Assembly (NCBI GenBank): GCA_963662275.1
Contig: OY759316.1
Coordinates: 3,104,001 to 3,168,000, forward strand
Length of the DNA stretch: 64,000 nucleotides
Source: Candidatus Cloacimonadales bacterium
GTDB lineage: Bacteria; Cloacimonadota; Cloacimonadia; Cloacimonadales; DAONDQ01
Direction: 5' to 3'
The notes beneath the pieces were generated by a model, which was not told where the DNA came from, ran no database searches, and worked only from the letters and a program-made list of their open reading frames with translations. Position 1 is the stretch's first letter. The number at the start of each line of letters is the position of its first letter. A program made the translations under genes and the position numbers. Positions 46,746 to 57,237 of this stretch are shown one piece after another.

Positions 46746-48545
46746 TTATTGAAGAACTACAATTTTCTTCGTCTTATTACAGCTTGGTGTGCTTAATTTG
46801 TAGAAATAGACACCGGCACTGCATTCCTGTCCATGGTTGTCTTGTCCATTCCAGGAAATTGTTTGGCTTCCAGCGGTACGTGTATAACTCTGAACGACCT
46901 GTCCACGTGTATTATAGATAGTCAATGTTGCTGTTTCACCAGTCTTGACATCGAATTCGATTTTCGTTATTGTATTGACTTTGAACGGATTTGGATAAGC
47001 ATTCTTCAGTGCTGAGAAAGGAGGAATGATTGGAAGATCCGCACCCACAACAGCCACTGAAACATAATTACTAAAATGACTAGCTCCATTCATATCGACA
47101 TTTTCCACCCAATAGTAATAGGTAGTTCCAACAACAACTTCAGGATCAAGAAAATTATAGGTGTGAGTTACTGATGAATTATTGCCGCTAATGACTGTTT
47201 GATTCATTTTCGTTGAACCACTTAAAATTGTATTCGTTGAACGATAAATATTGAATCCAAGATTATTGGTTTCAGATTCGGTTGTCCATTGCAGATTCAC
47301 CAACATCTGGGCTGTTAATGTAGCAGTGAAAGAAGTCATTTCAACCGGAAGTTCCGCTTCAATGGATCCTACTGTCCATTCACTAAAACTGGTTACTCCC
47401 ATCGCTTTAATATGCGTTGCATCAGCAATCTGAGTATTAGCTAAAGGATATTCAATCCAATCGGTACTATAGAAAGGACGATGCAGAATACGCCAGGAGG
47501 CTGTACTTCCTAAAGATTGACCGGTCAGATCGAATGTGATATCTGCATTAAAAGTGGATAGCGTTGTACTTAACTGCCAGTATTTGGTTGCCGGTGTTAA
47601 AATATAAAGAGGATAATTTCCACCAGGTGCAGCTAATACTTCATTTACTGTATAACCTCTCAATGTACTTTGAGCACCACCATTCACAGCAGTAGTAAAA
47701 TGTGTTTCCAATTCAGATAAAGGAGATGGCACATCCACTTCACTTCCAGCGGGAACATCTTGTATGGATACACTTTCTTTGTGAAATGCCGGACGAACAA
47801 CAACATCAAATGTAAACCATCCTTCAGGATCACCAAAGACATAGGTTGCATTTGTAAAATCCATGAAAACCTGGTTATCGTATGAATTTGCGAAAGCATT
47901 ACGCCAAGCTTCGACGGTATTCGCTTCATCAAGATATCCCCACCCGTTGACAATGATATTTCCACCATTACCAACATCATTCTGCCAATTAATTGCTCCC
48001 GGGATTAATCGGGCAGATAAAATGGCACGTATCTGTTCTTTTGTCTGATATGGACTAACAGCAACTATCTTGCAGTTCAACAATCTCATTTTTTCCACAC
48101 CATCAACATAAAAATGACAAATGCCTTCCGTATAGTCTCTGCGGTCACCTGCTTCTCCATGAACTGTCCAATTAGTGGAATAATCTGAAGTATTGAGTTT
48201 CCCAAAACCAGTAAGAATATAGGGATCCAGTTTAACAGTTACAGCTCCACCTGGGTCAAACCCAAGATTCTGTGCTTGTAAAGTGCATGTTGTGGTTCCA
48301 TCTTTCCAATCCAACTTACTAAAACCAAATAACCAAGCTGGAACTTTAGCTCCTCTTGTAAAACAATTCCCATCTGTATAGATTTGGGGAAGAGGTAAGC
48401 CCGGATCATCAAAATCATACAGCCATGGTCCATGAGGCATATCGGAAGCACGAAGATTTCCAATATGGAATTTTAAGGGATCAACAGCGAATAATGCACT
48501 TGTCAATGCAACGAGTAAAAGAACAAATACAACTTTTCTCATCAT
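46746..48545 (-). CDS. Secreted protein with C-terminal LPVEM-Ig and FlgD-Ig/T9SS-like domains
   Basis: Signal peptide; ELPVEMTSF...W.TESETNNLGFNIYRS; AYPNPF...WNG...AGVYFY...KKIVVLQ. Confidence 0.85.
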   Translation of the reverse strand: MMRKVVFVLLLVALTSALFAVDPLKFHIGNLRASDMPHGPWLYDFDDPGLPLPQIYTDGNCFTRGAKVPAWLFGFSKLDWKDGTTTCTLQAQNLGFDPGGAVTVKLDPYILTGFGKLNTSDYSTNWTVHGEAGDRRDYTEGICHFYVDGVEKMRLLNCKIVAVSPYQTKEQIRAILSARLIPGAINWQNDVGNGGNIIVNGWGYLDEANTVEAWRNAFANSYDNQVFMDFTNATYVFGDPEGWFTFDVVVRPAFHKESVSIQDVPAGSEVDVPSPLSELETHFTTAVNGGAQSTLRGYTVNEVLAAPGGNYPLYILTPATKYWQLSTTLSTFNADITFDLTGQSLGSTASWRILHRPFYSTDWIEYPLANTQIADATHIKAMGVTSFSEWTVGSIEAELPVEMTSFTATLTAQMLVNLQWTTESETNNLGFNIYRSTNTILSGSTKMNQTVISGNNSSVTHTYNFLDPEVVVGTTYYYWVENVDMNGASHFSNYVSVAVVGADLPIIPPFSALKNAYPNPFKVNTITKIEFDVKTGETATLTIYNTRGQVVQSYTRTAGSQTISWNGQDNHGQECSAGVYFYKLSTPSCNKTKKIVVLQ

Positions 48546-48638
48546 ATCTCCTTTGTTGTTTATTCATTTAAGTCGAGATTTCTATGTATAATAGCAATTT
48601 ACTTATTATTTTGAATTTGTCAAGCAGGATTTTTAAAG

Positions 48639-50284
48639 CTCACATCCCCCCGTTTTTCAAACCAGGTATTTTTAGCTGCTGATTATCCAGCCATTTTCCT
48701 GCAAAAGGATTGAGCCTGTACCTTGTCACGGTGGCAAAACACATCTCTATCAGCATTGACAGACGATAATACACAAAGTCATATATCTGCTTCCACTGTT
48801 TATTTGAGTATTTCATAAGATTTGGGAAGGCATCTAAAAATACGCCAGCATACTTTTTCAGAGAATACAGGTAGCACATAGCTAGCAGAAGCAGCTGGTT
48901 CATGTTTTTCAGACGGGTATATGATTTCAGTTGTATCTTTTCCCAACCATATTCCTGCTTGATATGGCGATGGACCTCTTCGATTTTCCAGCGTATGCGA
49001 TACATCCGCAAAACCTTCTCCATGATAGCATTTTCCGTCAGATAAGGTTGTGTCGGAAAGTCGCAGATGAAATAGAAATATCCCTGTCTGCCACTAGCAT
49101 CGGGACTGAACTGTGCAACAATAAGCCAGGCATCTGTAGTATCAGGGTATTTTACAGGGTAAGGATTCAAACGCAGCTTCACCCGCGTTAAACCACATTT
49201 TATCTGTTGTCCTGATTCTTGCAGATTGAATGTATGATCGAGTTTCACTGTCTTTGCCACTGCCATGAAGTTCTGTTCGCAGCCATCCATGATAAGACTT
49301 CTTTCACCTGTTGATCTGATGATATAGCTTAGTCCATGTTCATGCAGAAAGCTGAATAGATTTCGGTTGTCAAAGCCACGGTCGAAAATAGTTACTCCAC
49401 GGTTACCACTTGCAAGAATAATCCCCACTAGCCGGTCTTCCATGATCTGAGAGACGCTATCCAGTTCCATGTTTCGGGCTATCAGGTCTGAACTGATGGG
49501 TTTTATCTCATAGCCTGTACTGCCTGCCTGATAGGCAATTATATTCAGCAATGCATAGCCCTGCTGATCATGACTGCCGGTGCTGCCATCACGCACCTTC
49601 TGCAATCCCTCCATCTTTTTGGCTTTGGTTTTTACGATATCACTTTCATCAACTATGATGCCTGTCTCATCATCAAAACCCTGGCACTGATGCCTAATTA
49701 TTTCCGCTTGCAGCTTATCTCCTAAGGGCTTCTTATTCAAATGTCGGGTGAAACGTTCGCAGAGCTTTTTAACCGTGATTGGTTCATTTAGCTGTTTCGC
49801 TATTTGGAGCATAATTACAGATTTACTTTTCAGTATCCCTAAGCAGATATCCTGTATGAACTTATACACAGGTAGAGATTGCGTTTCTCTAAAATTATTC
49901 AGAAATTGTAACAATTTTACTTGCAAGGTTTCTCTGGTTTTGATTTGCTTCTTATTAATCATGGGTGTCTCCTTCTTAGGTTTGGTTTAGTGCTTGAACA
50001 AAAGATCGGAGACACTTTTTTTGTACAGTTTTATTATGGACATTCTATATAGTTATCTTATTTTCTCACATAATTTTATAAGTTTTATTAAAATACCTGC
50101 TTTTTGCTTTTACCGTGAAAACACAACTCTTCTGTTTACCGTAAATTACAAATTGCACTAGTTTCTGTTTAGGAGTTTTGACCAACCAGTGATGTTAAAC
50201 AGATTTTCAAAGTCGGCAAAACGTTTGACTGTTACTATAAACGCTTCTAAACTAATTGTTAAGAAAATTACGGGGGGATGCCTG
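48639..50284 (-). mobile_element. IS4-like insertion sequence, copy 2, 1646 bp
   Basis: Same ends and length as 31461-33106; 12-bp target duplication GGATTTTTAAAG. Confidence 0.93.
48640..49962 (-). CDS. IS4-like DDE transposase (protein identical to copy 1)
   Basis: Identical 440-aa translation in the ORF track. Confidence 0.93.
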   Translation of the reverse strand: MINKKQIKTRETLQVKLLQFLNNFRETQSLPVYKFIQDICLGILKSKSVIMLQIAKQLNEPITVKKLCERFTRHLNKKPLGDKLQAEIIRHQCQGFDDETGIIVDESDIVKTKAKKMEGLQKVRDGSTGSHDQQGYALLNIIAYQAGSTGYEIKPISSDLIARNMELDSVSQIMEDRLVGIILASGNRGVTIFDRGFDNRNLFSFLHEHGLSYIIRSTGERSLIMDGCEQNFMAVAKTVKLDHTFNLQESGQQIKCGLTRVKLRLNPYPVKYPDTTDAWLIVAQFSPDASGRQGYFYFICDFPTQPYLTENAIMEKVLRMYRIRWKIEEVHRHIKQEYGWEKIQLKSYTRLKNMNQLLLLAMCYLYSLKKYAGVFLDAFPNLMKYSNKQWKQIYDFVYYRLSMLIEMCFATVTRYRLNPFAGKWLDNQQLKIPGLKNGGM

Positions 50285-50690
50285 GGATTTTTAAAGAAGC
50301 TTACAGATCTGAGTCAAATGATTTGTTACGTGGGAAACATGCTCCCCTATCATTCCACTTAATTTATACCAAGTTCATACCAGTTTCAATCCAATTTCAT
50401 ACCAGTTTCAATCCTGTTTCATTCCTGTTTCGAGAAATTGGTATGAAGTATGTTTTGAATTAGTTTGGATTTGTTTATATCTTGGAATAAATAAAGGGGA
50501 AAGAGTGTGGTAATTAAGAATTTGCAGAGCAGTACTAACTCTCTGTCAATCCGTGAAATACTTCCCATTACAAAAGAGAGGGGAATAAGCTATAAAGACT
50601 GGTTTGTTGACACGGACTGCTACAACCGGCTGAACCCGGAGCTACGGCAGAACAGTAGGATCGGCATTCTACTCCACGACAAGCTACAAC

Positions 50691-51770
50691 CTAATGAAAG
50701 AACGGGTACAGATAATAACCAGCCACGATCAGTACAATCCAGGATAAGATAATGATTCCGATACCGCCCGCACCGGATGTCCAGAGAGATAATCCACCCC
50801 AGATGCGGGATGGGGAATTGTGTTTCAGAATAGCAATAGGTCTCGCTCTCCAGGTTCTCACATATTGTCCGGCTTTTCCCGGTTGGATGAGACAATATTC
50901 GAACCATTGGGCATAGGAATGATCACGCCAGTGTTCTATGGATTTCCAGGGAAAGCCAAGTCCTTTCGTAATTCCCACTCCATCGCTTCCGATCTTCTTT
51001 CTTAGCCTGTGGGGAAAGGTTGCTGAATTTCGACAGGGAAAAAGAGTCACACGCGCTACGATAATTGCATGATCATCATCCTGGGCGTAATGTTCTGCTG
51101 TTTTCTTATAGAATCCGAAGTATATCCCGCTACCGGCATAATCACCACCTCCCACAAGCCAGCGTCCTTCCTGGGCAATATTCGTGGCGACACCTTTGAA
51201 TCTTGTTCCATGGTACATTGTATAAGTCGGGAAAATAGTATCTACACCCGTCATGAGTATACCTTCCAACAAAGCAGAACCATTTCTGCTGAATACATGC
51301 AGAAAGCGTTTGGGAAAGCCTTTGAACCAAAGCTTCCAGTATTTTCGTCCTCGAAGATGACGGTATTCTTTTTTTTTGGGATAGAAAAGCTCTGCAATAC
51401 TATCACACAGGTTCACTGTCCAATACAAAATGATATTAAAATATAAAGCATTAATGATGCGAATTGGAGTCAGGGCAACGTGCATGATGATCCACCAAAG
51501 GGGAGCCAATCCTGTCAGCAGTAAGACGCTAAAACTCAGGTGTGATGTTATTTTTTCCGGATCACGCCAATTATAGCGTATCGGATTGTAGGATATCCAT
51601 TGCACCCAGTTCAACAGCAGGAACGGATAGCGCAGATGCCAGATCACATGTCTCAGTAAATAAACGCTAAGCAAAATGAGCAGTATCCATCCAAGTCCCA
51701 GGAGGATGTAAATTCCACCCTGGAGAAAAATATTGTGACCAGCGAGTGCCATGATAGCGTTAATACTCAT
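50691..51770 (-). CDS. Membrane protein with PARP-like (H-Y-E) ADP-ribosyltransferase domain
   Basis: N-terminal TM helices; MYHGT, GSGIYFG...TAEHYA, IIVARVTL, WFEYCLI; C-terminal TM. Start codon uncertain. Confidence 0.7.
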   Translation of the reverse strand: MSINAIMALAGHNIFLQGGIYILLGLGWILLILLSVYLLRHVIWHLRYPFLLLNWVQWISYNPIRYNWRDPEKITSHLSFSVLLLTGLAPLWWIIMHVALTPIRIINALYFNIILYWTVNLCDSIAELFYPKKKEYRHLRGRKYWKLWFKGFPKRFLHVFSRNGSALLEGILMTGVDTIFPTYTMYHGTRFKGVATNIAQEGRWLVGGGDYAGSGIYFGFYKKTAEHYAQDDDHAIIVARVTLFPCRNSATFPHRLRKKIGSDGVGITKGLGFPWKSIEHWRDHSYAQWFEYCLIQPGKAGQYVRTWRARPIAILKHNSPSRIWGGLSLWTSGAGGIGIIILSWIVLIVAGYYLYPFFH

Positions 51771-51889
51771 GAGACATGGGTAACAAGTAGTATGTAGGAA
51801 GGTCAAGGGAATTATAAATTAAAGAGAAAATGAAGGGGGTGAAACTGTCGGGTTTGAACTTCCCAGAAAACAGGTTTTTGCTACCGAGG

Positions 51890-52035
51890 ATGAAAGCTGA
51901 GTTCTCCGAGTGAACAGATTTATCTATTTGTATCGAGGAGACGATATTGCACAACTTTATAGGGACACATTGGGTCATTTCGATACAATTTCTCCTTCGT
52001 CGAAATCACTCAATGAACCGGCTCTCAGCTTTCAT
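51890..52035. repeat. REP/MITE-like element, copy 2
   Basis: Same terminal inverted repeats and body as 4734-4901, but lacking the internal ~22-nt GGTCATTGAGCGAAGTCGAAATG segment. Confidence 0.8.
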
Positions 52036-52279
52036 ATAAACTCCAAACTCTTAGATTTCGGGTAAAGAATTAAGCTCGAGAAAATCGCACCACACGTCTC
52101 AAAAAATTTGTCACTCCTAGTTGCAGGTGCTCTTTTTCTGCTCTGAAACTTGCCCCTGGAACCTAATACCGAGTACCTTTCCTGTTTTATTATTGACATT
52201 AGAAATCTATATTGCATTTATGTGTTATTGAATTAACTTATCAGGTATTAATAACCATGATTATTACAAAGGAGACAGG

Positions 52280-53164
52280 ATGAAATTTTCTACATTCATC
52301 ATTATGATTTTATCACTCATTTTACTTTCTGCCTGTGTTTCTGCAGGCAAATTCAGGATGGTAGACCAGGAAAGACAGGATTTAATGCAACAAAGAGCAG
52401 TTCTATCTTCCCGTGTGGATAGCCTTGTGAGTGAAGTCAGGCTTCTATCTATTGCACTTGATGAACAAAAAGCCCTTTTAAAAAAGGAAATTGGAAAGAA
52501 GAATGCGGATATCCTTCAGCAACAGGCTGAATACGACCAGCTTTCCATGCAACTTGCAGCCAAAACTGCCTTACTGAATCAAAAAAATGACTCTTTGAAA
52601 GTTCAGACGGCTGATTATGACAGAAGATTGGCTGAACTGCTTGCAAAACAAACCCAATATGAGAACCTGGTGCGTGATAAGGAAAAGGAAAATCAAAATT
52701 ACCAAGCTCTCATGAATAGTTTGAAATCTGAGCTTGATAAAAAATCTGTTACCATTCAGAACCTGGAAGGAAAACTGACTCTTACCTTCGTCAATGAAGT
52801 GCTTTTTACTTCCGGCAGCGCTTCCATATCCCCTCAAGGAAAATCCATACTTGATGATTTTGCCAAGGGAATGAAGGATAATACCGGTTTCCGAATTGAT
52901 GTGATCGGACATACAGATAATATCGACATTACCGGAAACTTGGCAAAGACATATCCCACTAATTGGGAACTATCCACTGCACGTGCTGTATCAGTGGTTC
53001 GTTATATGACAGAAACTTCAGGTATGAGCCCTGCAAACTTGTATCCAGAAGGTCATAGTTATTATTCACCTGTTGCACCGAATGACAGTTCAGAAAACAG
53101 GGCAAAGAACAGGCGAGTGGAAATTGTTATTGCTCCATTAGCACAGATTGCAATCCAAAAGTAA
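52280..53164 (+). CDS. OmpA/MotB-family lipoprotein with coiled coil
   Basis: Lipobox LSAC; LFTSGSA, IGHTD, NWELSTARA, NRRVEI. Confidence 0.9.
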   Translation: MKFSTFIIMILSLILLSACVSAGKFRMVDQERQDLMQQRAVLSSRVDSLVSEVRLLSIALDEQKALLKKEIGKKNADILQQQAEYDQLSMQLAAKTALLNQKNDSLKVQTADYDRRLAELLAKQTQYENLVRDKEKENQNYQALMNSLKSELDKKSVTIQNLEGKLTLTFVNEVLFTSGSASISPQGKSILDDFAKGMKDNTGFRIDVIGHTDNIDITGNLAKTYPTNWELSTARAVSVVRYMTETSGMSPANLYPEGHSYYSPVAPNDSSENRAKNRRVEIVIAPLAQIAIQK

Positions 53165-54218
53165 ACCCAGCTTGTCTGATATCTCTATTAAGCTGATTGA
53201 ATGGTTTAATCATCACCAGCGTATCTTACCGTGGAGAGATAATGCGGAACCGTATCCTGTGTGGATATCCGAGATTATGCTCCAACAGACAAGGGTGCAA
53301 GCTGTCATTCCTTATTATGACAGATTCCTGGCTCGGTACCCTAATATTCAAACCTTAGCCGCTACCAAGCTTGAGGATGTTCTTCATGCTTGGCAGGGCT
53401 TGGGTTTTTATGCCAGGGCACGACATCTTCATCAAACTGCACAATTGATTCGAGATCAATATTCAGGTCAATTTCCCAGTACATATAAGGAAATAATTCA
53501 ACTTCCCGGTATTGGAAAATATACGGCAGCAGCCATTCTTTCCATCGCTTTTGGACAGCCTTATCCTGTCATGGATGGTAATGTCATGCGTGTAATGGCA
53601 AGATTGTATGGCATTTCCACAGATATTCGTCTTCCCAAGACAGAGAAACAAATCGAAATCAAGCTTCATCAAATATTCTCTTCAAAACAAGCTTCTGCCT
53701 TTAACCAGGGTATGATGGAATTGGGTGCCCTTATATGCCTACCTAAACAACCCAAGTGCGATGAATGTCCATTGAATGCAGAATGCCAGGCGTTTCAATC
53801 CGGGAAGCAGCTTGAACTACCAAACAGATCTAAAAATCCTCAACCGATTATTGTTAATCGAATCATCATACTTATCAGACGAGAGGATGAAGTTCTTATT
53901 CATTTGCGTAAAGACAAAGGCTTACTTGCTTCCATGTGGGAATTTCCAGGAGTAGAAGCATCTTTGAAGACTGTTGCAGATAAATTTGAAGAAGTCTATG
54001 GTTTTAAAGTGAGAAGTGGAAAGAAATTATTTGATTCCGAACATGTATTCACGCATCGTCATTGGAAAATGAGAGTATATCAAGGGAATATAGACCAAGG
54101 AATCAAACTGAATGAAAGTGAATTTAGATGGGTAACTATTCAGAATCTGGAGAAGTATCCGATACCGAACGCATTTAAGGTTATTGTGGATTATTGCAGG
54201 AAAGAGATTATCCCCTAA
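53148..54218 (+). CDS. mutY: A/G-specific adenine glycosylase
   Basis: WISEIMLQQT, LPGIGKYTA, DGNVMRV, 4Fe-4S cysteine cluster, NUDIX-like C-terminal domain. Confidence 0.97.
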   Translation: MQSKSKPSLSDISIKLIEWFNHHQRILPWRDNAEPYPVWISEIMLQQTRVQAVIPYYDRFLARYPNIQTLAATKLEDVLHAWQGLGFYARARHLHQTAQLIRDQYSGQFPSTYKEIIQLPGIGKYTAAAILSIAFGQPYPVMDGNVMRVMARLYGISTDIRLPKTEKQIEIKLHQIFSSKQASAFNQGMMELGALICLPKQPKCDECPLNAECQAFQSGKQLELPNRSKNPQPIIVNRIIILIRREDEVLIHLRKDKGLLASMWEFPGVEASLKTVADKFEEVYGFKVRSGKKLFDSEHVFTHRHWKMRVYQGNIDQGIKLNESEFRWVTIQNLEKYPIPNAFKVIVDYCRKEIIP

Positions 54219-54256
54219 AAGTGGGCGGTACTATTACCCCATTAAGTGTCTTTACA

Positions 54257-55252
54257 TCAATGATACAGTAGTATCCTGATTCCTTCTCTACCATCTGCAA
54301 CATAGATGTATTCATCACTGAACGCTACATCCAAAATACGATCAGTTGCTTTAATATAATATGTTTCATTGGGTCTTGAAGGACGAGACAAATCTAATAC
54401 TCTCAATCCACCTTTACCAAGACAGACAAATGCATCCCTATCCTTAATGCGAATATTCTGGACAGCAAAAGCAAATGGAACCTGGGTAACAATAAAAGGT
54501 TTGTCTGGATCTTTAATGCTCATTACGATTACTGAATTTTTGGTACCAATCAAGGCAAATGTGTCTTTCACAGCAATACAACGGGAATCGATAAGCTGGT
54601 AATTTGCACCTTTGGCAACGGGATACTCTAATCTCGAAACATCAATAACAGCTAAACCAAATTTATTCAAAGCATAGACCATAGGCCAGTTTACATCAAT
54701 ACTCTTCAAGCCCTGGTAATCATGAAAGTAACTAACAACATGTCCCCCGTTGCCATTTCCTAAATCAACTATTTCCAGCCCGGTATCCGCATTTGCAATA
54801 AAAAGATTTGCTCCCTGTCTGACAGAATTCGATCCTGCATATGTTTTAACATTAATGATACGACCTAAAGTATTCAAATCTTTGTTTTCCTTTAAAGAGA
54901 ATTCCATCGGACCAACAACAATAAGGTTATAAGGAGGTACAGGCTGTATCGAGAAGAGGTCTTCGTTGGTTGTAAATGTAGTAATCAGCCGGGGATGAGA
55001 GATATTATTCGCAGCATAAACGGAAAGAAGAGAATCCCCATACACATAAAGAGTATAATCATTAATTGCCAGCTTTGCTGCATAGCGCATTTGAATATTA
55101 TCGACCTGGGTTAGGAATTTGTAATTTTCAAAAGCCTTAAGCTTTGTAATTCCTAAAACCATGATAAGGAAGCAGACCAGGAAAATGAGAATACTAGATG
55201 ATTTCATAAGTACCACTATTGTTTTTTTATCATAATTTAGAAGTTTTCGCAT
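54257..55252 (-). CDS. LVIVD-repeat beta-propeller protein
   Basis: GLEIVD, GLAVIDVS, GLRVLDLS, YVADGREGIRI repeats. Confidence 0.8.
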   Translation of the reverse strand: MRKLLNYDKKTIVVLMKSSSILIFLVCFLIMVLGITKLKAFENYKFLTQVDNIQMRYAAKLAINDYTLYVYGDSLLSVYAANNISHPRLITTFTTNEDLFSIQPVPPYNLIVVGPMEFSLKENKDLNTLGRIINVKTYAGSNSVRQGANLFIANADTGLEIVDLGNGNGGHVVSYFHDYQGLKSIDVNWPMVYALNKFGLAVIDVSRLEYPVAKGANYQLIDSRCIAVKDTFALIGTKNSVIVMSIKDPDKPFIVTQVPFAFAVQNIRIKDRDAFVCLGKGGLRVLDLSRPSRPNETYYIKATDRILDVAFSDEYIYVADGREGIRILLYH

Positions 55253-56240
55253 CCACTTGGTCGATTAGACGTTGAATCACATCTCTTGATTTCAAACCTT
55301 CTGCTTCCGCTGCGAAAGAGATAATAACTCGGTGTTGTAATACAATTCGAGCTACTTTCTTCACATCATCAATCGAGGGAGTTAAACGATTTTGAAGTGC
55401 TGCCCGTGCTTTAGCTCCAAGTACAAGATATTGTGATGCACGAGGTCCAGCTCCCCAGTTCACCCACTGTTTAATAAATTCTGGAGCTTCCTTGTCATCC
55501 GGTCGAGTTGACCTGGCTAGTCGAACTGCAAAGTCCAGGACATGATCACTGACAGGTACTTCCCGTACCGCCTTTTGCATGGCAACAATATCTTCAGCAT
55601 GAAGAACCGCTTGAACCTTCTGATCCATGGTCATTGTCGTACGTTTGACAATTTCTCGTTCTTCCTCGAGGCTAGGATAATGAATATTGATATTGAACAT
55701 AAAACGGTCAAGTTGCGCTTCAGGTAATGGATATGTACCTTCCTGCTCGATTGGATTTTGAGTCGCCAATACCAGGAAAGGCTGTTCCAGTGTGAATGTT
55801 TCGTTTCCAGCAGTGACCTGGTATTCCTGCATTGCCTGCAGCAATGCAGATTGTGTCTTGGGTGGTGTACGATTGATTTCATCTGCTAAGATCACATTGG
55901 CAAAGATTGGACCTTTGATATAGTGAAAATAGCGATTTCCATCAGCTTTATTTTCAGCCAGAATATCCGTTCCTGTGATATCGGACGGCATCAAATCAGG
56001 TGTAAACTGAATACGGCTAAACTTCAGATCCAGTGACTTTGCTAAAGTGGATATCAACAGGGTTTTAGCTAAACCGGGAACGCCTTCCAGCAGAATGTGT
56101 CCGTTGGAAAAAAGAGCCACGAGAATATTTTCAATTACTTCATCCTGTCCGATGATAACTTTCTTTATTTCCTTCAGTATTGTCTCTCTCACAATACCCA
56201 TACGTTCTAAAACTGCTAGCTGTTCATTGGGATTCGTCAT
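55230..56240 (-). CDS. moxR: MoxR-family AAA+ ATPase
   Basis: GVPGLAKT, RIQFTPDLMPSD, LADEINR, ATQNPIEQEGTYPLPEAQLDRF. Confidence 0.96.
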   Translation of the reverse strand: MTNPNEQLAVLERMGIVRETILKEIKKVIIGQDEVIENILVALFSNGHILLEGVPGLAKTLLISTLAKSLDLKFSRIQFTPDLMPSDITGTDILAENKADGNRYFHYIKGPIFANVILADEINRTPPKTQSALLQAMQEYQVTAGNETFTLEQPFLVLATQNPIEQEGTYPLPEAQLDRFMFNINIHYPSLEEEREIVKRTTMTMDQKVQAVLHAEDIVAMQKAVREVPVSDHVLDFAVRLARSTRPDDKEAPEFIKQWVNWGAGPRASQYLVLGAKARAALQNRLTPSIDDVKKVARIVLQHRVIISFAAEAEGLKSRDVIQRLIDQVDAKTSKL

Positions 56241-57237
56241 TTAATTCATCTCCTCGATTCAAAAAATCTATGTTTCTAATTCCCGCATAACTGAGGGAAA
56301 AGATTCCAAACACAGTTAAAATGACTGCCGTTAGTATATGGGCAAATGCCATGATAGCGGCAACCTGTTCTTTCACCAATCCAAACCCAACTGCAAAGAT
56401 AATCACCATCATCCACTCATTACTGCCTAATTGCGCTGGTGGCTGTGGTAATACATAGGATAAGTTGATCAGTGTATAACCAAACATAATGATTAAAAAA
56501 TTGATATGCAGATTGAAGGCAAGGAATATAAAATTAAAATATACAGCATCCATGATAATGCCGATGATTGTTAAGCAAATAACGGGGAATAGCAGGTAGA
56601 GATGATCATGGAAAAGACCTGTTCCTTCGACTACCAGTTCAATCACTCGATAGACTTTTCTCTTCAATCTTTTTGGCAGCCAAAAGAAAAACTTCTTTAA
56701 AATATTGGATACATGTCCATGTGCTTTTGCAGCTAATACAATGATCGTGAAACCGATAATGAAAATTACTACCAGGATCGAAATCAGGATAATAATTACC
56801 GGCGAGAAGTCCAATTGTAGAAACGGTATTAACAGCAGAACACAGAAAATTCCTAGTGTATCAAACACTTTGTCTACAAAAATGGAAGGAAATGATTTTG
56901 TATATGGTATTTGATTGGATTGTCTCAGGAAATATGATTTGGCAACTTCACCAGCACGGATTGGAACCATATAATTGAGGAAGTTACCAGCCATCGCATA
57001 AAGGAAAGTTCGCTTGAGACTTACTTTGAAATGTGTATTTAATAGGATATTCCATCGAATTGCACGGATAAAATAAGCACTAATATATAAAACGGCAGCC
57101 CATAAAACATAGATTAGTTTCAGTGAATGTAAGTATATCAGCATCTCCTGGATATTGATGTAGGATGCCCAGATTCCAAGAAGGATAAGTCCAATCAATA
57201 TCCCGATGATAATAGTGATAAGGTTCTTTTTATTCAT
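56224..57237 (-). CDS. Lysylphosphatidylglycerol synthase TM / flippase-like membrane protein
   Basis: RAIRW, N..VP.RAGE, DKVFD, P.PPAQLGSNE; multi-TM. Confidence 0.85.
   Translation of the reverse strand: MNKKNLITIIIGILIGLILLGIWASYINIQEMLIYLHSLKLIYVLWAAVLYISAYFIRAIRWNILLNTHFKVSLKRTFLYAMAGNFLNYMVPIRAGEVAKSYFLRQSNQIPYTKSFPSIFVDKVFDTLGIFCVLLLIPFLQLDFSPVIIILISILVVIFIIGFTIIVLAAKAHGHVSNILKKFFFWLPKRLKRKVYRVIELVVEGTGLFHDHLYLLFPVICLTIIGIIMDAVYFNFIFLAFNLHINFLIIMFGYTLINLSYVLPQPPAQLGSNEWMMVIIFAVGFGLVKEQVAAIMAFAHILTAVILTVFGIFSLSYAGIRNIDFLNRGDELNDESQ

Noticed and set aside
50575..50690. GC-richer hairpin stretch as 6S, SRP or other ncRNA
   Set aside because: No diagnostic motif recognised; it resembles REP-like palindromes. 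An Rfam/Infernal search would be needed.
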